Shown: positions 37,672 to 48,089 of the stretch, one piece after another
Position numbering within the stretch: the first letter of the stretch is position 1
Layout of the letters: every line of letters starts with the position of its first letter
Origin: a virus
Lineage: Duplodnaviria; Caudoviricetes
Virus record (IMG/VR): IMGVR_UViG_3300031840_000710
Location: 1-57,119 of that record
Strand: one strand, 5' to 3'
DNA: 57,119 bases
Program-made: the position numbers and the translations under genes
Notes under the pieces: generated by a model
The model's database searches: none
The model's input: only the letters and a program-made list of their open reading frames with translations
Told to the model about the DNA's origin: nothing

Positions 37672-38091
37672 TTAAAGTACGTTATCGTTAACTTCATTGA
37701 TTGTTAAATCAAATGTTGAAGAAGTGGGACTATCAGTTACCGAATACTTTATTTTTATATTCATTCTATTGGAATCTGGAGATATACTGATCTGTAAGTC
37801 TAGAACTGCTATGTAAGGTACAAATATTGATAATTGTGACAATATGTTCTCGCGCAATGGCGGTAGTCCGTTGGATCCTCTAGTAATTGTTGTATTGTTT
37901 TCAAAAAGATATTGTCTAAGTCCCACACCAAAAGCAGGGCTCATCATACGTTCTCCCGGAGAAGTCAACAGAGTCATTTTAATATTTTGATCTACTACTT
38001 TGGTGAGATCTGTTACGCCGTAAACTTCATATCTTCCGGTCTCGTCGTTTATCTGTAGTGGTATTTTTGGTGCTATTGTTTGTGTTGGCAT
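37672..38091 (-). CDS. Baseplate wedge protein gp25/GPW-like (sheath initiator)
   Basis: QNIKMTLLTSPGERMMSPAFGVGLRQYLFE; start moved to MPTQ (SD GAGG). Confidence 0.9.
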   Translation of the reverse strand: MPTQTIAPKIPLQINDETGRYEVYGVTDLTKVVDQNIKMTLLTSPGERMMSPAFGVGLRQYLFENNTTITRGSNGLPPLRENILSQLSIFVPYIAVLDLQISISPDSNRMNIKIKYSVTDSPTSSTFDLTINEVNDNVL

Positions 38092-38104
38092 ATTACAATC
38101 CTCT

Positions 38105-41100
38105 CTAGTTAAATAACTTACCAAAATTATTTTCACATAAATTTCCGTCTTTATCAAGCGGAGATTCTCGTTTTATTCTTCTTTTAATGTCCCAAGAATA
38201 TTCTCCAGTATTTAAAAACCTAAGTGAATTGCGAATCGATCTCTGTGCGTGCTTGACTACACCTCCATTGTCTTGTTCTTCGTTTGGAGGATCTCTGTCG
38301 TCATTTTTATAAAACGCGGCGAATAATTTTCTTGCCTCTCTTTTTGAGTCGTTGAACAGCATTCCGATTCTATCAGGTGCTATGATATTTTCATCATCTC
38401 CGGGATCTCTTTCGCTTTCAGATCCCAATGAAGGGAGAAAATTCAAGTACGAATATATTAGATAAGTTGATGGTATCTTTGTTATTTGAAGCACATTGTC
38501 GACTAGATGTTTGTAGTTTTCTGTCTTGACTAGTTTGTCAATATAACACTTAAGATCTTGATCTAGATTATCATTTGATGCTAGTAATTCCTCTATTTTT
38601 ACATCTAAAATGTCTTGTTCATATGAGCATATAGGAAAGGAGTAGCGGGAAGACTGCAAACGCTTGGTGCCCGAATCTGTTTCAAAAGAAGCAGGGTTTA
38701 GAACATAACTGCGGCGCTCTCTAGCCATCGGTACTGCGTTTAAGCCGGCTATTAAGGAATCAAACGGATCATATCCAGCCGGAGGAATGTAACACAGGCG
38801 AACACCATATTTAATACCAATACTTCCCTCATATTCCCTCTCGTCTTCAGACAGAACAGCGTCTCCAAAGTAATCGGACACATTATAGGTTGGATCAAAC
38901 ACAAGGCGATTTTGATTGAGAAATTGCTTAAATTCAGTAAGATTTTGTATACCTGAGATTGGATTAACAATTCCCAATCTAGAATCGGTTTTTGGCTGAG
39001 ATATAACATACTTCTCTAAGTAAAAACCGCCACGTTCTTTTATTTCTTCAAAGCGGTCGTCTGTTATGGTTGCTCCGTTTAGTGGGTGAATCATATTTGA
39101 TTTTGCGCAATCATTTATATCACCATAAGGAAAGTTTCCGACACCACCGCCAATAGGCACTTCGCTATCATACGTTCCAGCTTCAATCTGTTTTCCAAGA
39201 AGCATGTGAGATCCGCCAATGAAGAATTTTTTGATGTCGTAAATGTATGGTCTTGGCTCAATTGATTCTCGGAGGATCTTCGTATAAAGATCCATCTCTT
39301 CTTTGACCACATATTTTAATAATTTCTTTATGTCTGCTGCAACCGAGTCTATTGAATAAATTTTTGAAGCAAATCTTGCTTGCTCTAAACTAATAAGTGC
39401 TATATTAAAAGTAGCACTTTCAAAAAAAGAAAGCAGATCAAAACCTTTCCCTTTTCCGGAAAGTATTGCTGCGCCAGCTTTGACTACCTCAATCTTTCTC
39501 TCAACTTCTTCTGTATAAATTTCTACTTCGGAAATAAAACTCCCATCCACCATTCTGCCTTGTCCGGTGAATATGCCTGCATAGGCTTCTGCTATATTAA
39601 CAACATCATTTGTTTTCATTTTTAAAAGATCATTTGTTGTAATCGCCTCATAATCCTTCTGTGCTTGGTCGCAAATTTCCAAAATTTCTTCAATCTCTTC
39701 ATTACTCTCCATTTGTTCGTTACGGACTTTTCGGTGGACGATTTGTACCACTTGTTCTAGGAACAATAAAGCATAAGTATACCCTTCGTAAGTTGAAGCA
39801 AAAAGACTAGTCTCATTTATTAAGCCATCGTAAATTTTCTCTGTGATATAATTGAGAGTGATGTTGTCGTAATTTCTTTCAATCTCTAAGTGTACATTAG
39901 AGAATATTGGGAAAGAGCGAATCAAGAAGTCACTTAAGTGAACTCTTATTGTTGCCCTAATAATGCCCTCAATCGTTGCAAGAGTATCTGAGCTCGCTAT
40001 TTTATCAAAAGGAAGCTCAGTTGTACACTCTGGAGAATACGGAAGAAGTTCATGATTTTGTATCTTCTGCTTGATTTTATCAATATCTTTCACAAGTGTG
40101 TCTAGCATTAAAAAGTTAGAGTTCTTTGGATCACAACCGGTTGGATTGGGCACAATAATCTCTGAAAAATTAAGCCAACCTGTGTGTTGAGCCTCTGCAA
40201 TATAAATTTTAGGCTTTCTATAAGTTCCTCCGTATCTTTGCGGATCTAAAAAATAAACTCTTGGATTTTCTGTTTTGCTCTTACCAAGAACTTTGTCGTC
40301 GTTTGTAAAAAAGTCCTCATATGGCTCTTCACCATTTGGACCAACATAAACCAAATCAGTTTCTTCATCAATGTCGCCATCTCCGTTTCCATATAAAAAA
40401 CCTTCAGAAGATGCACCGTTCCGTCTAACAGTAAAAGTCTTTGGAAGCTTATCATATAGGTCCGCATTCATTCCTTCAAATATTGTGTTACTCTCTATTG
40501 TTATACCGCTAAATTCTGACCATATATCTTCAATCATTTTCCCCAATGTTAAAGAGCCAAATGGATTTTGAAAAGAAACCTCTCCCTGGTTTGGCTCATA
40601 TTTCTCTGGTATTTCTAGAAAATTATCGCTAAGAATTTGTATATCACTTTCTTCATCTGCTACTAGTATTTTTCCGGCTGGATCAAAAGTATCATTGATA
40701 CTGATACTACTAGTGTAATTTGCGTTATCCTCTTTGTTATTATCATAATAAAGGATTGTGTCTTTGCCCAGTTTATAATCTATAACTTGTGATTCAATAT
40801 AATCTTTCAATTGAATCCCTATGGTTTCCGGAAGAACATTGTCTCCGCCAAAAAGGAAATTTAAAACAGGATTGTTTTTGATAAGCATGTGCCAGTTTAT
40901 TTCTTTGTTCGTTCTGTTTGCTAGGATCATGGAAAGAATCCCGGGTGTGTTAAATCCAAATAAAGAAGAAAAAGCATTCCACTCAATTGTATCGTCAATA
41001 AAAGCCCTTTCTAATCTTGTGAAGATTCCCGCTATAGCACTTGATATTGCTGCCTGTCGGTTTTGGGGATAATCAGAAAAACTGGGAACGATGCCTTTAT

Positions 41101-44100
41101 TGGTTTTACAGTCTGGATCTTTTGGATTGAATGCTTCGTCTATCGCATCCTGCAGCAGTTGATCTGGGCCATTAATTAAAAGATTTGCGGCATCTGCAAG
41201 GTCACTTTTGGTTTTTTCATCTTGTTTTCTAACAAATTCTTCTCCCAACTCTGGATCAGAGAATGCAGCGATGCGTTCTTGGTCCCACAAGTCTTTTTGT
41301 TCTTTAGTTAAACAGATGCTTGTTTCAACCGGATAATCAGCTAATGGAGAATCAAGTTCGTCTATTATATTTTGTCTTTGTTCTGCTGTTAATATATTAC
41401 CCATTGTCTCAAAATATTGAGCAGCAGAAGCTGGATCAGCAAACATATCAGAAAACTGCGGAAGAACATTTTTAACCAATGAAGAAATATTAACTAAAAA
41501 ATTTGGATCTCCCTGACCGGTCATAGCTTGTTTAATTTCTTTTTGAGTAGCAGAAACTGATAGCAGTTGGACCAAATCTGCTACTGCTGCTGATCCTTTC
41601 TTTGCAGCACCGCCGGCTCCAGCAACTTGCTTGTTTATCTTATCTTTTTGATCGTTTGTTTTGGGATCTGGGCATAGAGTATCTGTTATGAAACCTTCTA
41701 AACCACCATCGTTCAGAAGGTTTCTGGTGAGATTTCCAGTTAACTTACACAAATCTGTATTTAATAATTGTGTGGTCTTCACCATCATTGCAATTAATAC
41801 ACGAGATAATACTTCTCTTAAGGCAACATAAAATGCATCGCCAAGTTGTTCCATCCAATTAAAACTTGTAGGTATTTCTTGTATTGTTGGAAGAGAAATG
41901 CGCGACTTTCCTCCCCTGCAGGGATCAAAAGTCAATGTAGATAGAAAAGACTCAATCGGTGGATATACCAGAGGATCAGATCCACATTTAAAACGAGACA
42001 CCAATTTACCTAATAAATCTGCTCCGGGAATATTTTCAATTGCTCTTTGAAGTTCTCCGATGGAAGCAGTCTTCATAATCTCGTCAATATATGCTTGAGT
42101 CAATGCCTTTTGAACATTACCGAGAGCTTTTCCAAGTGTTCCTTGTTGAATCTTATCACTTGGCGTTGTTGCGACTATTGTTGTTTTCTCTTTTTGTTTA
42201 TCAATCACTGCTTGTTGATCTTCTTCTGAAAGGTCTTTAAAATTTAGATATGCTTGAATATCTTCAGCTGTAGTATCATCTTCAAATTTTTGCTTTTTTA
42301 GAATTTCTAGTTCTTCGTTAAGAGCTTTCTTTTCTGGTTCTATAACAGCATCAAAATCTTCATCGCTTTCAACAATTTTACCGGCTTGGTCTAAAATTTG
42401 CGTTCTCATTAATTCAATTTTTTCAGTTAATCGTTCAATTTCTGCTCTAAGTTGAAATTCTAGATACCGCTCTAGCTCTTTTATTTTTAAATCTAAAGAA
42501 GAAATCTTTTGTGATTCTTCCCTAGCTAGCTCGTCTAAATTAACATTCTCATCAGATATAGTATCTGTTGCGATATTTATCAATTGATCAAGAGAATTTT
42601 CAAGAGACTGTAGTCTCTCTTTATCTTTACGAATAGAAATTATAGTTTCTGATTCTTCCTGTCGGACCCGATTTATGCTCTCTATTGCTTTTTGCCTATC
42701 ATCTTGTAGTTTATCAAGTACTTGTTGAAGACCTTCCAAGTAATTTGAATAAAAGTTAGGGTCATTTAATTCACTAAGTCTTTTTTCTATTTCTTCTATC
42801 TTTTTTCCAATAGACAAGGAACTGTATTCTGCACTAATTTGATTTCCTAAATTCTTAGATTTGTCTTTCTTTTCTTGAATATTTTTTGCTGTTTGTCTAT
42901 CAACTGCTTTACCTAGAGAACCGCCTTGCCAGCTCGGATCCCATGGGTAGGGCATATCTTTAAATTGCTTTTCTATTTCTTTTCGGATCTCTGCTTGTTT
43001 GTTGGCCGGCAAAGTTTGCATTATGATTTCCAGTGCTTGTTCTCCAGCAGAAGAAATTATTTGTTTTATCAAGGTATAGTAAACTTCGTCTAGCGTCAAA
43101 GAAGCGGCTAGGCATTTAATCGCTATACCCAATTTACCTTTAAAGTCACACGTATCTAAATTCTCAATCATTTCTGATATGGCTAGCTTGGCCGATATCG
43201 CACCAGTTGCAACTGCTTGACCCATTGCCTTAAAATCAGGACCTTTTGTAAAAAGTTTTTTTGCTCCTTTAACTCCGGTATTCCAACCAGCTTGAACTCC
43301 AGTTTTTACTTTGTTAACTTGAGATTTTCTATAACTCCAAGCCTTCTGGAGTTCCTTTGTTTTCTCAACAGACTCTGGGTCACCAGAAAAATAATCCTGT
43401 ATCTTAGCGTTTTCAGCTAGCATTTCTTCTTTTGTTTTACACTTGTTCTGACTGAAGCTGTATTCAATGGATTTAAATAAATCCATAGTTTCTTCTAGAA
43501 TGAAATCGCTTAAATCATCCAAGTTGACCGAGAGGCAACTATTATCTTCAAAATTATCGGAACTTCCATAATTTATAGCGAGTTGAGGGAAAGTATTATC
43601 AACTATAAAGTCAAGCCATGGAGGGGTCTTGTTAGCCTGTAAGGTTGTGGCTATATTTTTTATATTAGAAAAATACCCCATCATTGTCTGGTCTGTTTTA
43701 GAATACTCTATGAAAGAATCAAGTCCTTTTTTACACTCTATATACGGACAATTTATCTTTCTTGCACGGACATTCTTTACGACAAATGGGTTTGCTTCGT
43801 CTGTTTTATCAAAAGACACTTCTATTTCGTATGCAATATCAAAAGAGTCCTTACCGGAATCCAAAAACCCTCGGAGATCAAAGCCATTGTTGTCTAATAG
43901 TTTGTCTAGCTTATTAACGAATTTACTTATTCTTTCTTCTGCATAGAATTTAACATAGAAGGGACCTCCACTTTCTTGAAAGTATATCTTTGCATTTTCT
44001 TCTTTATAAAAGTATGCTTGAAATGTTTTGAATGACGTCATTGATGCTATCAATAAACCAATCGCCGGCATAAACTCCGGTGGCTTAATAACCACTTGAT

Positions 44101-44803
44101 CAGTTGAGGTGTTAAGCGATCCCAAATCTGGAGCATTGGGGACTGCATCAAAGCGGTAAGCCGGCACTCCTACCAGAACAATTAACACATTTTGATTGGT
44201 TATGAAGGTATAATCCTGCACCCTTGCAACTAATTCTAAGGCTTCCAAGTTAGTAATATCTGGATTATCAATTAGGATTTGCTCATTAATGTCAATAGTC
44301 TCAAATCTTTGAGGGATTATTTCATCTGTCAATCTTTGAGTACGAATTACATATTCTTCATAGCTAGATCCAAATATTCCTTTGCAAATCTGTCCTTGAG
44401 ATTGTGGTGGGGCGGCACAGACTATCTGATCTGTTTCTAGCTTTCCATAGAAACGAAGCATCTTCCGAACTCCCGGTCGGATGTATGACTTAAGTAAGGT
44501 GTTAAAGTCATAAGGAGAATCTGATAGTTTCGTGAACACTCTACTACCAACATCGTTTGCCTTAAATGGTTGGCCGTCATGATAGACCTCAGCATCAATA
44601 TTTATAACAACCTTGACTTGATATTCACACTTTAACTCATTGAGATATGGCTCTTCTAGTTTAGTCCAATCTGGTTCAATATAGCTTTGGTTTGGAATAC
44701 AAGTCGGACATATCTTATCTGGTTCTAAGATTTCCTCTTCTTCTTCCTCTGGGCTCTTGAAGCACACGTCTTCTTGTATATTTTTAAATTTTGATTCTGC
44801 CAT
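38105..44803 (-). CDS. Very large acidic, Cys-studded protein (about 2232 aa) with central coiled coil; probable virion/baseplate component
   Basis: Between gp25 and the hub/spike-position genes; start moved to MAESK (SD GAGG); heptad-rich region around 42200-42900. Confidence 0.65.
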   Translation of the reverse strand: MAESKFKNIQEDVCFKSPEEEEEEILEPDKICPTCIPNQSYIEPDWTKLEEPYLNELKCEYQVKVVINIDAEVYHDGQPFKANDVGSRVFTKLSDSPYDFNTLLKSYIRPGVRKMLRFYGKLETDQIVCAAPPQSQGQICKGIFGSSYEEYVIRTQRLTDEIIPQRFETIDINEQILIDNPDITNLEALELVARVQDYTFITNQNVLIVLVGVPAYRFDAVPNAPDLGSLNTSTDQVVIKPPEFMPAIGLLIASMTSFKTFQAYFYKEENAKIYFQESGGPFYVKFYAEERISKFVNKLDKLLDNNGFDLRGFLDSGKDSFDIAYEIEVSFDKTDEANPFVVKNVRARKINCPYIECKKGLDSFIEYSKTDQTMMGYFSNIKNIATTLQANKTPPWLDFIVDNTFPQLAINYGSSDNFEDNSCLSVNLDDLSDFILEETMDLFKSIEYSFSQNKCKTKEEMLAENAKIQDYFSGDPESVEKTKELQKAWSYRKSQVNKVKTGVQAGWNTGVKGAKKLFTKGPDFKAMGQAVATGAISAKLAISEMIENLDTCDFKGKLGIAIKCLAASLTLDEVYYTLIKQIISSAGEQALEIIMQTLPANKQAEIRKEIEKQFKDMPYPWDPSWQGGSLGKAVDRQTAKNIQEKKDKSKNLGNQISAEYSSLSIGKKIEEIEKRLSELNDPNFYSNYLEGLQQVLDKLQDDRQKAIESINRVRQEESETIISIRKDKERLQSLENSLDQLINIATDTISDENVNLDELAREESQKISSLDLKIKELERYLEFQLRAEIERLTEKIELMRTQILDQAGKIVESDEDFDAVIEPEKKALNEELEILKKQKFEDDTTAEDIQAYLNFKDLSEEDQQAVIDKQKEKTTIVATTPSDKIQQGTLGKALGNVQKALTQAYIDEIMKTASIGELQRAIENIPGADLLGKLVSRFKCGSDPLVYPPIESFLSTLTFDPCRGGKSRISLPTIQEIPTSFNWMEQLGDAFYVALREVLSRVLIAMMVKTTQLLNTDLCKLTGNLTRNLLNDGGLEGFITDTLCPDPKTNDQKDKINKQVAGAGGAAKKGSAAVADLVQLLSVSATQKEIKQAMTGQGDPNFLVNISSLVKNVLPQFSDMFADPASAAQYFETMGNILTAEQRQNIIDELDSPLADYPVETSICLTKEQKDLWDQERIAAFSDPELGEEFVRKQDEKTKSDLADAANLLINGPDQLLQDAIDEAFNPKDPDCKTNKGIVPSFSDYPQNRQAAISSAIAGIFTRLERAFIDDTIEWNAFSSLFGFNTPGILSMILANRTNKEINWHMLIKNNPVLNFLFGGDNVLPETIGIQLKDYIESQVIDYKLGKDTILYYDNNKEDNANYTSSISINDTFDPAGKILVADEESDIQILSDNFLEIPEKYEPNQGEVSFQNPFGSLTLGKMIEDIWSEFSGITIESNTIFEGMNADLYDKLPKTFTVRRNGASSEGFLYGNGDGDIDEETDLVYVGPNGEEPYEDFFTNDDKVLGKSKTENPRVYFLDPQRYGGTYRKPKIYIAEAQHTGWLNFSEIIVPNPTGCDPKNSNFLMLDTLVKDIDKIKQKIQNHELLPYSPECTTELPFDKIASSDTLATIEGIIRATIRVHLSDFLIRSFPIFSNVHLEIERNYDNITLNYITEKIYDGLINETSLFASTYEGYTYALLFLEQVVQIVHRKVRNEQMESNEEIEEILEICDQAQKDYEAITTNDLLKMKTNDVVNIAEAYAGIFTGQGRMVDGSFISEVEIYTEEVERKIEVVKAGAAILSGKGKGFDLLSFFESATFNIALISLEQARFASKIYSIDSVAADIKKLLKYVVKEEMDLYTKILRESIEPRPYIYDIKKFFIGGSHMLLGKQIEAGTYDSEVPIGGGVGNFPYGDINDCAKSNMIHPLNGATITDDRFEEIKERGGFYLEKYVISQPKTDSRLGIVNPISGIQNLTEFKQFLNQNRLVFDPTYNVSDYFGDAVLSEDEREYEGSIGIKYGVRLCYIPPAGYDPFDSLIAGLNAVPMARERRSYVLNPASFETDSGTKRLQSSRYSFPICSYEQDILDVKIEELLASNDNLDQDLKCYIDKLVKTENYKHLVDNVLQITKIPSTYLIYSYLNFLPSLGSESERDPGDDENIIAPDRIGMLFNDSKREARKLFAAFYKNDDRDPPNEEQDNGGVVKHAQRSIRNSLRFLNTGEYSWDIKRRIKRESPLDKDGNLCENNFGKLFN

Positions 44804-44810
44804 TATTTCC

Positions 44811-45743
44811 TCACGTTGTAAATACCGAGTCACTCTGGATATTACCTTCTCCCATTATTAGATCGGAGTCCAAAGCGTGAATTTGCCTAATATATTCGTT
44901 AAAAGTTTTTGTTACAGCCTCGGAAGTGGCCGTAATATTCCCCTGCATAAATGGTATCAGCAAAGCAGCAGCACCAGGTATTCCTGTGGAACAAGCACTG
45001 TTTACAGCTGCGAGGTTCAAGTTGATATCAAATATTGCCTTGTGTAGTTTTCTCATTTCACCACTTATTTTTAATAAATGTACCTGCAGCTGTACTGATC
45101 GAACCACCGGCTGTAGCTCTCCATCGCCAACCTGCAATTCAATCATTCCCCCTTGGAGTCTTTCACCTAAAGAGTTTGTCTCGCCAACACCAGACTCAAA
45201 ACCATCCCAATTTCCTCTTCCGCAATATATCCTTACTTTCTCTCGGCCAATAATTCTTATTTGATCTGCTTTTGCTGCGACAGCCGATTTCATCTTGCTG
45301 GTTGGACCACCGGATGGCATGAGACTAAAGTATTGATCGATATCTTCCGCTTTTTGAGTTATATAGATTCTTGCTGCATCGGAGTGAAACATGGGGCCAA
45401 CGTAGTTGACTCCCTGTAGGATGTCTTTTTTATTCTTTTTATTGTCTGCTATGATCAACTGCCCTCTACCGGCGACCAAATCAATCATGCCGCATTGAAG
45501 CATTCCTTTGCCTCCATTTCCAGAGCCCCAAGTTGAATTTCTATCTCTGCCTAGTACGACAAAAGAATTGTATTCTCCGGAAACCACTGTTTCACAGGGA
45601 GCCGCGTTGAACTCTGGTGTACATTCTGGGAAGGAAGAACAGAACATCAATCCGACTCCTTTTTCAACCATTGTTTTAGTTTTTTCGTCGGTTATGCTTG
45701 CTAGGTTTATTCCTAATTTATTACAGTTATCTTCTATTGGCAT
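44811..45743 (-). CDS. Putative baseplate hub/spike-associated protein
   Basis: Position upstream of gp25; beta-rich segments (VVLGRDR, MIDLVAGR, ARIYITQK, KADQIRIIGRE) suggest a gp5-like spike. Inferred. Confidence 0.5.
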   Translation of the reverse strand: MPIEDNCNKLGINLASITDEKTKTMVEKGVGLMFCSSFPECTPEFNAAPCETVVSGEYNSFVVLGRDRNSTWGSGNGGKGMLQCGMIDLVAGRGQLIIADNKKNKKDILQGVNYVGPMFHSDAARIYITQKAEDIDQYFSLMPSGGPTSKMKSAVAAKADQIRIIGREKVRIYCGRGNWDGFESGVGETNSLGERLQGGMIELQVGDGELQPVVRSVQLQVHLLKISGEMRKLHKAIFDINLNLAAVNSACSTGIPGAAALLIPFMQGNITATSEAVTKTFNEYIRQIHALDSDLIMGEGNIQSDSVFTT

Positions 45744-45760
45744 TGTCTATTTCTCTTTTG

Positions 45761-47098
45761 TTATTTCATTTTTTTAAGGATTATTAGATAGGGTTGTGGA
45801 CTTAATATTGTTCCGTCTGATGCTAATTTCATTTTCCTTGTTTCCTTGAATACACCCCTTTTATCTATATTTCCACCAGCAGTATATGCAAAATCTGCGT
45901 CTATTCTCACAATAATATCTCCATGTGATGCAGTAAATACGGTATCTTCCGCTCCATGACCTGCTGTTTTCACCACAACATCCCCTAGTTGCGGTTTAAT
46001 TTTTCCTCTAATTAACGAGTGGGCTTCCCAAAGTTTGGATCTTCCGGATGCAATATTCCCGGCATAACCACTGTGTCCTTCATAGGCGGGGAACCCTGTG
46101 CCTCGCATTGCCCAAGAAACCGATGTTGCACTCCAGTGCATAATACCTGTGACTGAATCTCCTTTACCACCAGTTGCTGCACCAAAGATATATGTTCTTT
46201 GAACTTCTTTATCATCTGCATATTTTGGCCAATATTCTTTTACTTTTCTGTGTGATTTTCCTTTTGCCCGTTTTCTATCTTCTAGACCATAATAATGATA
46301 TAATTGAATTCTTTTATATGCGGCATTTGATTTATCTGTACTTCCTTTTTCTCCTGCGTCTCGCTCGTTTTTACCAACCCAAAAAGCAATTTCTGCGTTT
46401 GCTTGAGCGGCAGCAAGAGGTGAGCCAACACCAACAATAACAGAATCAGAAGCTTTTAATTTCTTTTCCATTTTTTCAATAATATGCTCGCCGTTAAAAT
46501 CAGTAGTAACAGGTTCCCCATCAGGGAAGTTTTCACCTGTTGGTACATTCTTACGATACCCACCAGCATCAAATGCTGCAGCAAGATCGCCCATTGCTTT
46601 CATTTCTTTCTCTAAGCAAGACAGGTTAATTCCTCTTCCGCCACTGGTTGTTTTTTTTGTACGGTATGTTAATCCCCTTAGTTTGCCATTTTCCTGTGGG
46701 CCGGTGCGATAAAAACACTCAACAACTCTTGCGCTAAATGGAGGACTCTCTGGTGTCTGGAGTCCACCTCCGTTACTTGAAGAATCAGAATCTGGGTAAG
46801 CGATGGGGTGTAAGGCTAAAATTCTTTTAATTGTTGCAGGATCTTTGAAGATACAAGGCTCGGGGATTATCATATCATATATCCCAATTGGTCTAACCCT
46901 AACGGCCTTGGTACCGTCAAAAGTTTTGACCGAGCCGATATCTTCTGGGAGAACAACGGCGTCAAACGTTGTTTTACCTGCTAAAGAATTAAAGAAAGTT
47001 TGAGCAACGGCTCTAAGATTCATTTCTTTCTGTAACGCATAATAAGATTTTGGATCTGATAGAGCATTAAACAGAGACGTAAAGAGATTAGAGGCCAT
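45761..47098 (-). CDS. Baseplate-associated protein with C-terminal DUF2272/CHAP-like peptidoglycan hydrolase domain
   Basis: HWSATSVSWAM...H..Y...PQLGDVVV...SHGDIIV...AGGNI follows the DUF2272/CHAP motif order. Confidence 0.65.
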   Translation of the reverse strand: MASNLFTSLFNALSDPKSYYALQKEMNLRAVAQTFFNSLAGKTTFDAVVLPEDIGSVKTFDGTKAVRVRPIGIYDMIIPEPCIFKDPATIKRILALHPIAYPDSDSSSNGGGLQTPESPPFSARVVECFYRTGPQENGKLRGLTYRTKKTTSGGRGINLSCLEKEMKAMGDLAAAFDAGGYRKNVPTGENFPDGEPVTTDFNGEHIIEKMEKKLKASDSVIVGVGSPLAAAQANAEIAFWVGKNERDAGEKGSTDKSNAAYKRIQLYHYYGLEDRKRAKGKSHRKVKEYWPKYADDKEVQRTYIFGAATGGKGDSVTGIMHWSATSVSWAMRGTGFPAYEGHSGYAGNIASGRSKLWEAHSLIRGKIKPQLGDVVVKTAGHGAEDTVFTASHGDIIVRIDADFAYTAGGNIDKRGVFKETRKMKLASDGTILSPQPYLIILKKMK

Positions 47099-47385
47099 CA
47101 GTCGTCCTCTTTTTTGATCATTGAATAGATATCATCCATATCATCATCAGTTAAGCCTTCGGATTTTTCATTCTTTGACATAAGAGCAGCAATTTTTACA
47201 ATCTGTTCATTTGATCTTTGCAGGGTCTCAACGTATTTGGCCAAAGTTATGCCAATCTGCTGGTGTCTTGCTTCGTCTTTCGCAACAAATTTGATAGCAT
47301 CGTCAAGAAGCTCCCGCGTTATTTTGCGGTCTTCTCGGATGTTATCAATTGCTTCTTTTAGGTGTTCGTCTACTTTTTTACTCAT
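47098..47385 (-). CDS. Hypothetical helical protein (95 aa)
   Basis: Co-oriented ORF, stop overlaps the next start. Confidence 0.75.
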   Translation of the reverse strand: MSKKVDEHLKEAIDNIREDRKITRELLDDAIKFVAKDEARHQQIGITLAKYVETLQRSNEQIVKIAALMSKNEKSEGLTDDDMDDIYSMIKKEDD

Positions 47386-47389
47386 ATAT

Positions 47390-47397
47390 TAAATAGA
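47390..47397 (-). promoter_or_regulatory. Putative late promoter TCTATTTA at the head of the structural block
   Basis: Octamer variant in the 17-nt gap, 4 nt upstream of ATG. Confidence 0.55.
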
Positions 47398-47402
47398 TCC
47401 AA

Positions 47403-48089
47403 TCAAATATTTATATTGTCCCAATCTTGCTTAAATAACCTATATTTCTTGCGAAACTTGTTTAATTGAGTTACAATTTGCTTAGTATTCATTCCGGTAA
47501 TCTCACGAAGATAAAGATAGATTGCTTTCTTATTGAATATCTCAATCTCTTCAACAGAGTTAAGAACAACACGAATTGCTTCATAAACTTTTTTCTCATT
47601 ATCATTCATGTCATTTGTGCCCCAACCATCCATTTCAACTTCCAAGTGCTTCCAGAATTCTTCTTTTTCTTTATCTTCATGATAGGGATTATAGTATACA
47701 ATCTGCTCAAAAGATAATTCTTTCAAAGCATCTTCATAGTCAACTTCTCGTTTGGCTCTCTTTGCTCTCTGCTTGACTTTATGGATAAACCAGTTCTTAG
47801 TTATCACACTAAAATAGGAAAATGCCTTAGATCCCTTGTTTGGATCGTATTTTGCTAGTATAGTAGTAAGCCAGATCTTGCAATCTTCTCTTAATTCATT
47901 GATATTCGGTAATGTTGTAAATTTGTATGTGAATACAATCTTGTCAACCAATTCGCTAAATGCGGGTTGAATAAGCTTAACATAAAGTTCAGTCTTCTCT
48001 TTTCTGCAGTCGGATGATGCGTACTTAACTATCGCGTCTTCGTGAACCTGCGTAAAATACATTCTCTTCGTTTTGGGTCGTCTGGCCAT
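47403..48089 (-). CDS. Phage RNA polymerase sigma factor (late, gp55-like)
   Basis: Region-2-like KYDPNKGSKAFSYFSVITKNWF, N-terminal YFTQ..EDAIV.Y, C-terminal helical LYLREITG; start moved to MARRPK (SD GAGG). Confidence 0.8.
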   Translation of the reverse strand: MARRPKTKRMYFTQVHEDAIVKYASSDCRKEKTELYVKLIQPAFSELVDKIVFTYKFTTLPNINELREDCKIWLTTILAKYDPNKGSKAFSYFSVITKNWFIHKVKQRAKRAKREVDYEDALKELSFEQIVYYNPYHEDKEKEEFWKHLEVEMDGWGTNDMNDNEKKVYEAIRVVLNSVEEIEIFNKKAIYLYLREITGMNTKQIVTQLNKFRKKYRLFKQDWDNINI

